From Candidatus Hydrogenedentota bacterium (lineage in GTDB: Bacteria > Hydrogenedentota > Hydrogenedentia > Hydrogenedentales > SLHB01): DNA of 64,000 bases. The notes below the pieces were generated by a model. That model was not told where the DNA came from. It was given only the letters and a program-made list of their open reading frames with translations, and did no database searches. The stretch covers positions 53,511 through 117,510 of the forward strand of contig BTVY01000015.1 in NCBI GenBank assembly GCA_045863335.1, given 5' to 3'. Position numbers and translations under genes: made by a program. Of the stretch, positions 36,143 through 45,114 are shown piece after piece; the stretch's first letter is position 1; every line of letters begins with the position of its first letter.

Positions 36143-37156
36143 GTGGGAGGTTTCGCGTTGCGCCAGTACAGAATGGTTGGTCTCGCCTTTGCAGTACTTG
36201 TCTGGCCGATAACCGCACAATCCGGTGAAACGGACCAGTACCTCGTCTGGGGCGTGACGCTCGAGGATTCCGCGCCGGCGATGAATCGCTACCTCAACGA
36301 TGAGATCGCGGACTACCTGAAATCGCTGCATAACGATGTTCCGCCTTCTTCGGATGAAGTAACGAAGGGGACCTACCGCCATCTTTTCCGCGGCCTTCAC
36401 GCGTCGAAGCTGCGCAATTTCTTGCAGCATTCCGAGGATATCGATCGGTATCCGCCCAAGACGGTGTCCTTTTGGCAGTACCAGAACATGAGCATCTACC
36501 GCGGCCGTTCGTTTCCCTACATCCTGCCCATGTCGCGGACCATTCGCGTGGGCGAGGTCTATTGTGGTATCGACAAGTTCGCGCATTTCTTCGGGTTCGG
36601 GCGGCACAGTTACCGGATCTACCGGAACGCGCGCGAGGATGGACTGGACGAAGACGCCGCAATCGGGCGCGTCGTGCGGATTAGTGTTCGATGGGAGAAC
36701 ACCCGCGTGGGTCGAATCGTGGACGGAATTTTTTCCCACGCCGACATCGAGGCCAGCTTCCAGGGATTTCTGCTCGCGCGGGATCTGTGCGCCGGGGACG
36801 ACCCCTATGTGAAGCTGATAGACGGATACTGGACGCTGGTCCGGCCTATCGACATTCGGGACTACGTGACGCCCGACTTCGATGAGTCGTATAATCCATC
36901 CCATTATTGGCTGCTACGGAAGCGATTCGTCTTGCCGTTGCTTGAGGAGGAATACGCGCACCGGCTGTCCGAACCGGCGGTTCAGAAACGGTTCGCGCGA
37001 TACCGGCAGTACGAACCCAGCGAGTCCGTTCGACTTATTCGCGAGCACTTTCGCGCGAACGGCGGCGACGTGCAGGCGCGCCAATACAGAACGGCCTTCG
37101 GCGTGCCGCCCCGAACGACGTCCGCGCGACCTTCGACTTCGGCTCGCGCCAATTGA
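36143..37156 (+). CDS. Secreted hypothetical protein (ETDQY...GIDKFAHFF...S.AD.EA motifs)
   Basis: Signal peptide and coding-like composition; start could be 36173. Confidence 0.7.
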   Translation: MGGFALRQYRMVGLAFAVLVWPITAQSGETDQYLVWGVTLEDSAPAMNRYLNDEIADYLKSLHNDVPPSSDEVTKGTYRHLFRGLHASKLRNFLQHSEDIDRYPPKTVSFWQYQNMSIYRGRSFPYILPMSRTIRVGEVYCGIDKFAHFFGFGRHSYRIYRNAREDGLDEDAAIGRVVRISVRWENTRVGRIVDGIFSHADIEASFQGFLLARDLCAGDDPYVKLIDGYWTLVRPIDIRDYVTPDFDESYNPSHYWLLRKRFVLPLLEEEYAHRLSEPAVQKRFARYRQYEPSESVRLIREHFRANGGDVQARQYRTAFGVPPRTTSARPSTSARAN

Positions 37157-37184
37157 TATGTGCCTGAAAGTTGCCCGGCAGGCA

Positions 37185-37895
37185 CTATTCAGCCGAGTCG
37201 TCTTCCCTACTTGAGGCCGCCGAAGCCGGTTCTATCTCTTTGAGCGTTTCCGCCACGCGAGTCCTCACGCCTTCGATCACACCCGGCACCGCCACGTTGG
37301 TCGCAACGTTTGCCGCCCAGCCGGGAACTCGACCACCGGGATCGGTGAACACGGTGTACCGCACCAAAGAACGGTCCGGGCCCTCAAGAAACACCTCCCA
37401 TGATCCATAGGTGTCGTTGATATTTCCGCTGTCCGGCACATAGGTCCACCTATTGACGAAGACCGTCACGTCGCCGCGTGACTCGCTCCCGCTCTTCAGT
37501 TCGAGGACATAGTGCCGGTCGCCAATAGGCCAGGGAAAATCGAGTTCATACCGAGCGCGCGTACGATCCTTGTCCTTAAAATCGATTCGCACTTCCTTGC
37601 AATAGGGCATGAACTCAGGAAACGATTCGTAATCGGTAAGCACGCGAATTACCTGATCCGGCGTGGCGTCAATCACCGCAATGGCAGTGGCCTTTTTCAC
37701 TGCCGAGTCCGCAACTTCGGAAAGGTGAACAAGTATCTCGCCATTGTCCAGCGACCCGCGCTGTTCGTCCGTTAACGGCGATCCGTCCGGCGCGGCGATC
37801 TCGATCGCCGGGGAAACCACCGCGCAGACAACAAGCACTGCCACTGTGCAAGAGGCGGCTCGTACTCGTTTTCGGGCCACAGGATTTGACCTCAC
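37185..37895 (-). CDS. SRPBCC/START-domain (polyketide cyclase-like) secreted protein
   Basis: DY...PEFMP, PWPI.DR.Y, GSW, DPGG.VP.W. Confidence 0.8.
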   Translation of the reverse strand: MRSNPVARKRVRAASCTVAVLVVCAVVSPAIEIAAPDGSPLTDEQRGSLDNGEILVHLSEVADSAVKKATAIAVIDATPDQVIRVLTDYESFPEFMPYCKEVRIDFKDKDRTRARYELDFPWPIGDRHYVLELKSGSESRGDVTVFVNRWTYVPDSGNINDTYGSWEVFLEGPDRSLVRYTVFTDPGGRVPGWAANVATNVAVPGVIEGVRTRVAETLKEIEPASAASSREDDSAE

Positions 37896-38308
37896 CCGAT
37901 CCCGTCGCCGCCGATGGCGAAGTCGCGGCGCGCGGTGACAATACTGATGGTGAATCCCGCGATCACGTCAATGAGCGCAATCAAGGTGAGCAGCATGAAC
38001 GTTGCCGTACCTGCGCCGGCGGACACGATGAACTCGATGAGAAAGGCAATGAACACGACCATAGACAACATGTGGTCGATGATAGTCGTGCGGGAGATTC
38101 GTGCCGCCTTCAGAATCTCGAAGTAGAGGAGCAGGATTGCGACTCCAATCATCAGGTCGGCGGCGCCCACGGCGGTGGGTTCGTCCCGGGTTAGGTGAGG
38201 GATATTGAGCATCGTGGGGTTGGCCTCGAAATCGACACCCGCCACCATCGCGACGTTGTAAATGACAAACACGAGGCCCAGCAAGGGAAAGTACAAAACG
38301 TATCGCAT
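37892..38308 (-). CDS. Conserved hypothetical 4-TM membrane protein
   Basis: Four hydrophobic segments; EILKA...DH.LS..VF, DV.AGF.I.I..ARRD; coupled to the next gene. Confidence 0.75.
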   Translation of the reverse strand: MRYVLYFPLLGLVFVIYNVAMVAGVDFEANPTMLNIPHLTRDEPTAVGAADLMIGVAILLLYFEILKAARISRTTIIDHMLSMVVFIAFLIEFIVSAGAGTATFMLLTLIALIDVIAGFTISIVTARRDFAIGGDGIG

Positions 38309-38481
38309 CGAGATTCTCCTGTGATCAAAGCGCGAACGGCATGGCACGGACTGCCTTGACGCCGGTCGGTGTGTGCAGTTCCAAGGCGCCCGGACCTTCG
38401 TTGATGCCATTGTCCCACATCGTTGGCCGATTTGGTAGTATGGCCCGCGTCATTGCGTCCCCGGCGAGGAAAGGCGATCTC

Positions 38482-40551
38482 ATGCTCCGATGCACCCTAT
38501 GGATCCGCTGGATTCTCATGCTACCGCTTCTCTGCGCGGTTTCCATCGCCGACGAAGGCATGTGGTTATTTACAAATCCGCCCGTCGAACAGTTGGATGC
38601 CAAGTATGGCTTCGCTCCTTCCTCAGCGTGGCTTGACCACGTTCAACAGTCCGCGCTGCGATTCAACACGGGCGGCTCCGCGTCGTTCGTTTCGGACCAA
38701 GGTCTGGTCCTGACCAACCACCACGTCGGCTCGGGCATCATCGAGAACCTGAGTACCCCGGAAGCGAATATCCTGGAAACCGGATTCTACGCAAAGTCGC
38801 GCGACGACGAGTTGGTTTGTCCCGACGTGGAAGTGAACATGCTTGTTCGAATTGTCGACGTGACGGATCGCGTCGTCGCTGCGGGCTCGGCTGTGGAATC
38901 GCTTGCGGACGCCAATGCGGCGCGTCGGGAAATGATCTCTGTAATTGAAGACGAATTCGAATCGGAGACCGGACTGGATTGCCAGGTGGTGACGCTGTAC
39001 CGGGGCGAACAGTATCACCTTTACCAATACAAACGCTTCACGGATATCCGCCTCGTCATGGCGCCGGAGCTGCAAGTCGCCTTCTACGGCGGCGACAACG
39101 ACAACTTTGAATACCCGCGGTATGCGCTCGACATGTGCTTCTTTCGAGTGTACGAGAATGACGCGCCGTACCGGCCCGAGCATTTTCTGACCTGGAGCCG
39201 GGAAGGCGCGTCGGAGGGCGAACTCGTGTTTGTCGCGGGCCATCCCGGCCACACGCAACGGCTCACCACCGTCGCTCACCTGGAGTTCCTACGCGACGTC
39301 GAAATACCGCACCGGCTGCGCCAGTTCTGGCGGCGCGAGGTGCAACTACAGACGTTCTCGAAGCGCGATCCGGAGTTCGAACGCATGGCTAAGGCCGAAC
39401 TGTACGGCGTACAGAACGGACGGAAGGCCTACACGGCCATTCTGGCTGGCCTTCAAGATCCCGCCCTCTTCGCGCGTAGAGAGATGGATGAACGGGCGCT
39501 ACGCGAAGCGGTCATGGCCAAGCCTGAGTATCGCGAACAGTGGGGCGGCGCGTGGGACGAGATTGCCGGCGCGCGGGACGCCTACTGCACCTTCTTCGAG
39601 CGCCACCGTACGGGGATCCATTCGCATCTCTACGGCATCGCCGTCGATCTCGTGCGGCTTGCGGCAGAGCTGACAAAACCCAGTGCGGAACGTCTCCCCG
39701 AATACGCTGACGCCAACCTGGATTCGCTGTATCGCGGGCTCTACACGCCCAGCCCCATCTACGACGCGCAGGAGATGGAACGCATCGAGTCGAGCCTCGC
39801 GCACATCGCCGCAACCTTCGGCGCCAAAGACCCCTATACGCAGGCGGCGCTCGGCGGGATATCTCCCCGCGAAAGGGCGGTTGCTTTGGTCACCGGCACC
39901 ACGCTGAAGGATGTTGAAGTGCGAAAAGCTCTGGTGGATGGCGGCGCCAAAGCAATCGCTGAATCCACCGATCCCATGATTCAACTGGCGATCGCGTTGG
40001 ACGACGATGCCCGGCAGTGGCGAAAGAAATACGAAGACGACGTCGAAAGCGTGGAAAAGGACGCCTACGCCAAGATTGCCGCGGCACGATTCGCCATCGA
40101 AGGCGAAGATGTGTATCCCGACGCGACATTCACCCTGCGCCTCGCGTTCGGTCAGGTCAAAGGCTATTCCAAACCTGCGGATGAGGTCCCCGCGTTTACC
40201 ACCTTCCGCGGGATGTACGCGCTCGCGGAGTCGCGCCGGGATTACGCCGACTACGTTCTCCCGGAACGCTGGCGCAAGGCGGAGAAACGCCTGGACCTCG
40301 ACACCCCTTACAATTTCGTCTGCACCGCCGACATCACCGGCGGAAACTCCGGCAGCCCGGTCATCAACACGCACGGTGAACTCGTCGGACTCATCTTCGA
40401 CAGCAACCTGCACGGCATCGTGCACAATATCGTCTACGAAGAAGAGCACGGCCGAGCCGTCGCCGTCGACGCGCGCGGCATGCTCGAGGCCCTGCGGAAG
40501 GTGTACAAAACGCGCGCCCTCTTCGACGAAGTCCTCCATGCCGCCGGGTAG
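38482..40551 (+). CDS. S46 family dipeptidyl peptidase (DPP7/DPP11-like)
   Basis: ADEGMW N-terminus, LTNHHV, DNFEYPR, DITGGNSGSPV. Confidence 0.92.
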   Translation: MLRCTLWIRWILMLPLLCAVSIADEGMWLFTNPPVEQLDAKYGFAPSSAWLDHVQQSALRFNTGGSASFVSDQGLVLTNHHVGSGIIENLSTPEANILETGFYAKSRDDELVCPDVEVNMLVRIVDVTDRVVAAGSAVESLADANAARREMISVIEDEFESETGLDCQVVTLYRGEQYHLYQYKRFTDIRLVMAPELQVAFYGGDNDNFEYPRYALDMCFFRVYENDAPYRPEHFLTWSREGASEGELVFVAGHPGHTQRLTTVAHLEFLRDVEIPHRLRQFWRREVQLQTFSKRDPEFERMAKAELYGVQNGRKAYTAILAGLQDPALFARREMDERALREAVMAKPEYREQWGGAWDEIAGARDAYCTFFERHRTGIHSHLYGIAVDLVRLAAELTKPSAERLPEYADANLDSLYRGLYTPSPIYDAQEMERIESSLAHIAATFGAKDPYTQAALGGISPRERAVALVTGTTLKDVEVRKALVDGGAKAIAESTDPMIQLAIALDDDARQWRKKYEDDVESVEKDAYAKIAAARFAIEGEDVYPDATFTLRLAFGQVKGYSKPADEVPAFTTFRGMYALAESRRDYADYVLPERWRKAEKRLDLDTPYNFVCTADITGGNSGSPVINTHGELVGLIFDSNLHGIVHNIVYEEEHGRAVAVDARGMLEALRKVYKTRALFDEVLHAAG

Positions 40552-40635
40552 GTTTGGGCAGTATGAGTATTCCGTTCGGTATCGGTATACTGAATCCGAT
40601 TAGGGCGGAGTTTTCGCAAACATGAGGGGGTTACC

Positions 40636-42105
40636 ATGAAGTTCGGACCGGCATTTCGTAGGGGTATTCTGACTGTTGTTTCCATTTCGTTCCTGGCCAT
40701 GGTGCCACAGTGCTCGCAGGGGGGATTTGTCGCCAAGGATTTCGAACTGGTGAGCGAGAACGGTTTCGATCCCGTGGACAATGCGGCGGACAATAACGAC
40801 TACGCCTGGGCTATGCGGTATTTCCAGGCCGACGGAGCGGACGAGGGACATGTCTACGTCGGCACGGGCAACAATATTGCCGGGCTCATCGGCTTCTACA
40901 TCACGACGCTGACCAGCGGCGGCGACATTTTGGACGCGCCGGTGTTCCCGCCGGAGATCCGCCGGCATCGGCCCGATCTGGGCCCGAAGGTGTGGGAGAA
41001 AGTGCTCGACTACCGGGACGTGGAAATGGAAGGCGAGTTCCTCACGACGGGATTTCGATTCATGGGCACCTACAACGCTGTCGTCACCGACGCGAAGAAC
41101 GGCGTAATCCGGGCCAACCACGTCTACGCCGCGACCCAGGGTCTTGAATCGGTGCTGTGGCGTTCGCAGACGGGCGACCCGGGCACCTGGGAGGCGGTGT
41201 TCAGCACGGGCGAGTTCGGGCCGTCCATCCGCTATTTCTGCACCCACAAGGGCCGTATGTACCTCGCCATGGCCTTCGACACCTTTGAAGACGACCCCTC
41301 GCCGGGCGAGTTGTGGGTGTCCGACGACGGCCTGAACTTCGTGCCGGTCATGCAGGACGGATTCGGCAATCCCAACAACCGCGGCGTCGAATTCGTGGTG
41401 TCGTACAACGATTGGCTCTACGCCGGCACGAAGAATGATGTCGAAGGGTTTGAGATTTGGAAACTCGACGGCCCGGACAAGGGCGTCATCGCCCCCATCA
41501 AGATCGTGGACCAGGGCGCAACGGATCCGCTCAACGAAATCGCGGGCACGCCCATCGTGTTCAACGGCAAACTCTATGTGGGCAGCATCATCTTCTTTGG
41601 GTTCAACCCGCAACAACTCCAGGGGTTCAAGGGTTGCGACATTATTCGGATCGACGAAAATGACGACTGGGAAACAGTGGTCGGGCCGCACTCCACGTCC
41701 GGCTACGATTCTGGCTTCAACTTCTTCACCAACTCCTATTGCTGGTGGATGGAAGAACACGACGGCTGGCTCTACGCGGGCACCTGGGATCAGGGAACCG
41801 TGTTGTCATGGCTGCTCGACAATATCCCCGCGTTGGTCGAATTCATCCAGACCGGGAGCGCCGACGTCAGCCTGGAAGACTCCTTGCAGCTCCAACTGTT
41901 GTACCGCGGCACGCGATCGGGCGCGGATGTGTTCCGCACAAAGGATGGCGACCACTGGTTCCCGGTAACCCTGGACGGCATGGGCAACACGGGCAATTAC
42001 GGCTGGCGTACTATGGAGTCCACGCCGGACGGATACCTGTACCTGGGTTCAGCAAATCCGCTGGATGGACTGGAAGTCTGGCGCGCGAAGACGCCGGAAG
42101 AATAG
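40636..42105 (+). CDS. Secreted/lipoprotein beta-propeller-like hypothetical protein
   Basis: Signal peptide; repeated GF.N..N / LY.GT / E.W blades. Confidence 0.75.
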   Translation: MKFGPAFRRGILTVVSISFLAMVPQCSQGGFVAKDFELVSENGFDPVDNAADNNDYAWAMRYFQADGADEGHVYVGTGNNIAGLIGFYITTLTSGGDILDAPVFPPEIRRHRPDLGPKVWEKVLDYRDVEMEGEFLTTGFRFMGTYNAVVTDAKNGVIRANHVYAATQGLESVLWRSQTGDPGTWEAVFSTGEFGPSIRYFCTHKGRMYLAMAFDTFEDDPSPGELWVSDDGLNFVPVMQDGFGNPNNRGVEFVVSYNDWLYAGTKNDVEGFEIWKLDGPDKGVIAPIKIVDQGATDPLNEIAGTPIVFNGKLYVGSIIFFGFNPQQLQGFKGCDIIRIDENDDWETVVGPHSTSGYDSGFNFFTNSYCWWMEEHDGWLYAGTWDQGTVLSWLLDNIPALVEFIQTGSADVSLEDSLQLQLLYRGTRSGADVFRTKDGDHWFPVTLDGMGNTGNYGWRTMESTPDGYLYLGSANPLDGLEVWRAKTPEE

Positions 42106-42119
42106 TTCGGACATCTAAG

Positions 42120-42153
42120 AGGGCCGATCCATGCTGGTGGATCGGCCCTGTTT
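42120..42153. terminator. Hairpin terminator between convergent genes
   Basis: AGGGCCGATCCA-N6-TGGATCGGCCCT followed by GTTT. Confidence 0.65.
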
Positions 42154-42155
42154 AC

Positions 42156-42305
42156 TTACGCCGGATCCGCTTCCTTCTCTTCCTTCTTCCCTTCCAACTG
42201 TTTGACCAGTTGATCGAGAACGATCTCAAGAATCGACAGGAACGGGCCTTGCCGCACCAGCGCGGGCATGGGCCGGTTTGCGGTAATGGTCGAGATGTGT
42301 CGCAT
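42156..42305 (-). CDS. 49-aa small protein
   Basis: GGAGGAG RBS 8 nt before ATG; MRHISTITANRPMPALVRQGPFLSILEIVLDQLVKQLEGKKEEKEADPA; followed by a terminator. Confidence 0.65.
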   Translation of the reverse strand: MRHISTITANRPMPALVRQGPFLSILEIVLDQLVKQLEGKKEEKEADPA

Positions 42306-42393
42306 GGATGGTACTCCTCCCTCGTGCTGCGAATCCCCGTTTGGAAGCGTACCGATCGGACGCGCTTGCTGCAACTTGCTCTTCGGTACGCGG

Positions 42394-43599
42394 CTATTCG
42401 GACGGAATCTCGAGATATCGCCGCATGGCTGTGGCAAGGGCGTGACCGAACGCGCGCGCATTTGCCGGTGTTACGGTCGTATCGCCGACGTTGGCGTAGG
42501 GCACTTCGATGGCGGTTGCGAGGTGCACCCCATCCAACCCTGCCGCCCACTGGGGCATGGCGGTCCCGGCCGTGTAGTTGGCCCCCGTGTTCCAGGCCGT
42601 GCCGAACGGGAGGTTGTCCGCTGACCGGAACGGAAGGCCCGGCTCCGGGAGAGACTCAAGGATGCGGCTGAATCGCTGCTGCTCTTCCCAGATTCCCGGG
42701 TCGGAACTCCCGACGAGATACACCACCTCGTTGTGTTCCCCGCGAATGTATGGGCAATGAATATCCATGGCAATACGCAAACGCCCGGAAGACCACTCGG
42801 GAACGAAAGCGCGCAATGCGGCAACTTCGGGATAGATGCTTTCGCCTTCATAGTCGCGCCCATGATCGCGAGGCTTGCGGTTCTTGCCCTGGTCTCCGTC
42901 TTCGACGCCATCGGTATCCATCAACGGGATAACCAGGACCTCGACGTTCTCGCGAAACCAGGCGCCGTCCTCGGTGTCCGCCAAGATAGATTGGAGAATT
43001 CCTTCGACAATGTAACTCGCCATGGATTCACAGCTATGGTGCCGGGCGGTGAGCATGATACGGTAGCGGGGTTCCACTTCGATCGCGCCGACACGAAGGC
43101 GCGTCACGTCACGGCCATTCCGCGTCGATGCCAGTACGCCGGTTTCGAGGTACTTGTTTCCGGCATACGGCGCGAGAAACCGATCAAGATCGCTGCGCTG
43201 ATACGGCATGGCAAACGCGAAACGGACCGCCTCCTGATCGGCGGAAAATGAATAGGTGAACTCGACGCCGCCATCGAACTCGCCTACCGTCTCATTCCCG
43301 AGCCAGGACCAGGTAAGACCTTCGTCCAGACTGACGGCGGGGCCTCGGGTGCCAATCACGTTCCGATTGGTGAACCGGAAGGTCATGGTGCGCTCCGCAG
43401 CGCCGCGCACCTCAAAACTCCAATAGAACCACCAGCCTTCCGTGTCGCGCAGGTCCTGGTGAAGATACACGACGTCTCCGTCGATCCGCTCTACGACGAT
43501 GTTGCCGCCGGGATAGTCTGCGCCGATCCGCACTTCCGCCCGCGCCACACTCGCAACGCACGACGCCAGGGCAACCGTGAGTAGAACATACCGAACCAT
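42394..43599 (-). CDS. M14 zinc carboxypeptidase (cytosolic CP-like), secreted
   Basis: ARHHSCE, P.MD.DGV..G, DH.R, DIHCP, IE.PYA. Confidence 0.82.
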   Translation of the reverse strand: MVRYVLLTVALASCVASVARAEVRIGADYPGGNIVVERIDGDVVYLHQDLRDTEGWWFYWSFEVRGAAERTMTFRFTNRNVIGTRGPAVSLDEGLTWSWLGNETVGEFDGGVEFTYSFSADQEAVRFAFAMPYQRSDLDRFLAPYAGNKYLETGVLASTRNGRDVTRLRVGAIEVEPRYRIMLTARHHSCESMASYIVEGILQSILADTEDGAWFRENVEVLVIPLMDTDGVEDGDQGKNRKPRDHGRDYEGESIYPEVAALRAFVPEWSSGRLRIAMDIHCPYIRGEHNEVVYLVGSSDPGIWEEQQRFSRILESLPEPGLPFRSADNLPFGTAWNTGANYTAGTAMPQWAAGLDGVHLATAIEVPYANVGDTTVTPANARAFGHALATAMRRYLEIPSE

Positions 43600-43659
43600 G
43601 AATCCTCCTACTTCACCGACGATGACAGTGTGACGAAAGGCAGCAGTGCGCGCAACCAT

Positions 43660-45114
43660 TCATGATTTCAGCGAGGGGATGCGGTTAAGCGTGTAATAGG
43701 CGGCATCGTGAAGGAGGGGCGTGCCCTCCGCGTCGCGCAGGCCGGGTGCGTGGAGTTCGTGCACGTAAATCGCGCGCAATCCTTTCACGACAAGATCCAC
43801 GCCGAGTTGATCGTCATGCACGGACGCGGCGGTAATCGCCAGATCTTGGGCGTCGATCTCAGGACTGCCGTAGTCCTGGTGGTAAAGAAACGTGTAGCTC
43901 GACATGCGGTAGGACGTCCGATCCGCCGCGGATTTCGAATCGACCGGTTTGGTGAAGCGAAGCGTGAACCCATCAGGCCGGGCGCTCATGCTGAGAATCT
44001 CAAAAGGCGTCTCACCGGTCCACACGAGGCGCTCCAGGCCGTAGGACGTCCGTCCCGTGGAGTTCCAGCCGCGATTGGTTTCGCCAATGAACATGGACCC
44101 GTCGGCGCCCCAGGCCATGCGGACAACTGCGGATTGAAAGCCGTCCCGAAAGGGAAAACACGCGCCCTGGTATGCGCCATCGACTTTTTCGAGAAAGACG
44201 CGGTTGACCTGAGCCATCGTGAAATCACCGACAAAGAGTTGCCCGACGAAGGGCCCGAACTTCCCACCTGTCTGGTCGCAGGCGATGTCGGTAGCACTCA
44301 TGCCCATCTTGCGATACGGAAACCATACGGCGGGAACGGATAAGGCCGGCACGGCTTTGACCGCCTCGGGCAGAGGCAGTTCCGCGGGGATCGTGCCGGG
44401 ATGTTGCAGCGGCGACTCGGGACGTTTCATATCCTTCAGGGAGTCCACGTGGCCGTAGAACGCGCCTTCGCGCGCGTGGTGCAACGAACCCGCGGGCACC
44501 CAGTTGCCCTGCTGATCGGTGAAAAACATGTCGCCCTCCGCGTTGGTACCGAGGCCGCAGGGCGACCGCATGCCCGCGCACATGGGAATGACCTTGCCGG
44601 ATTCGCCAATCGTCACGCCCCACCCGCGCCACGCGTCATCCGGGATGTCCTTCTTGCCCAGAGTCTGGTTGAGCATGACCCAGAGGCGGCCCTGCCCGTC
44701 CCGCTTGGGACCAAAGGCGTATTCGTGGTAATTCCCCGTGATGCCCCAGCCGTTCGCCACGGTTAGATACGCGTCGATCGCGTCGTCACTGTCGAGATCG
44801 CGCAGACGCGTCACCTCGCTGCGCTGGGCGGTCAGGAGATCGTCGCCGTCGACCATGAGTCCGAGGGGCTCATGCAAGGCGCTGGCGATTCGCTTGAACG
44901 TCAAGTTGGCGGGCAGTTCGTCGTAGGCGTTGTCGACAAGCCAGACTTCGCCCTTCCGAATGGCCGCGGCCACGCGGCCATCCGGCAGCACGCACAACCC
45001 ACCCACCTCAAACGCCACGCCCTCCGGCGTGGGCAGGGTGACAATTCGGTAATAGTCGTCCTCTCCCGCGAACGACGTGGCGGCCAATGCCGTAATGATC
45101 AATAGCCTTACCAT
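43660..45114 (-). CDS. Secreted beta-propeller protein (PVC-type sugar dehydrogenase-like partner of a cytochrome)
   Basis: YHEYAFG, GMRSPCG, DQQGNW, FGPF.GQLFVGD, QGACFPF, TNRGW. Confidence 0.7.
   Translation of the reverse strand: MVRLLIITALAATSFAGEDDYYRIVTLPTPEGVAFEVGGLCVLPDGRVAAAIRKGEVWLVDNAYDELPANLTFKRIASALHEPLGLMVDGDDLLTAQRSEVTRLRDLDSDDAIDAYLTVANGWGITGNYHEYAFGPKRDGQGRLWVMLNQTLGKKDIPDDAWRGWGVTIGESGKVIPMCAGMRSPCGLGTNAEGDMFFTDQQGNWVPAGSLHHAREGAFYGHVDSLKDMKRPESPLQHPGTIPAELPLPEAVKAVPALSVPAVWFPYRKMGMSATDIACDQTGGKFGPFVGQLFVGDFTMAQVNRVFLEKVDGAYQGACFPFRDGFQSAVVRMAWGADGSMFIGETNRGWNSTGRTSYGLERLVWTGETPFEILSMSARPDGFTLRFTKPVDSKSAADRTSYRMSSYTFLYHQDYGSPEIDAQDLAITAASVHDDQLGVDLVVKGLRAIYVHELHAPGLRDAEGTPLLHDAAYYTLNRIPSLKS

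Noticed and set aside
40600-41760. 386-aa minus-strand ORF
   Set aside because: Antisense shadow of the beta-propeller gene
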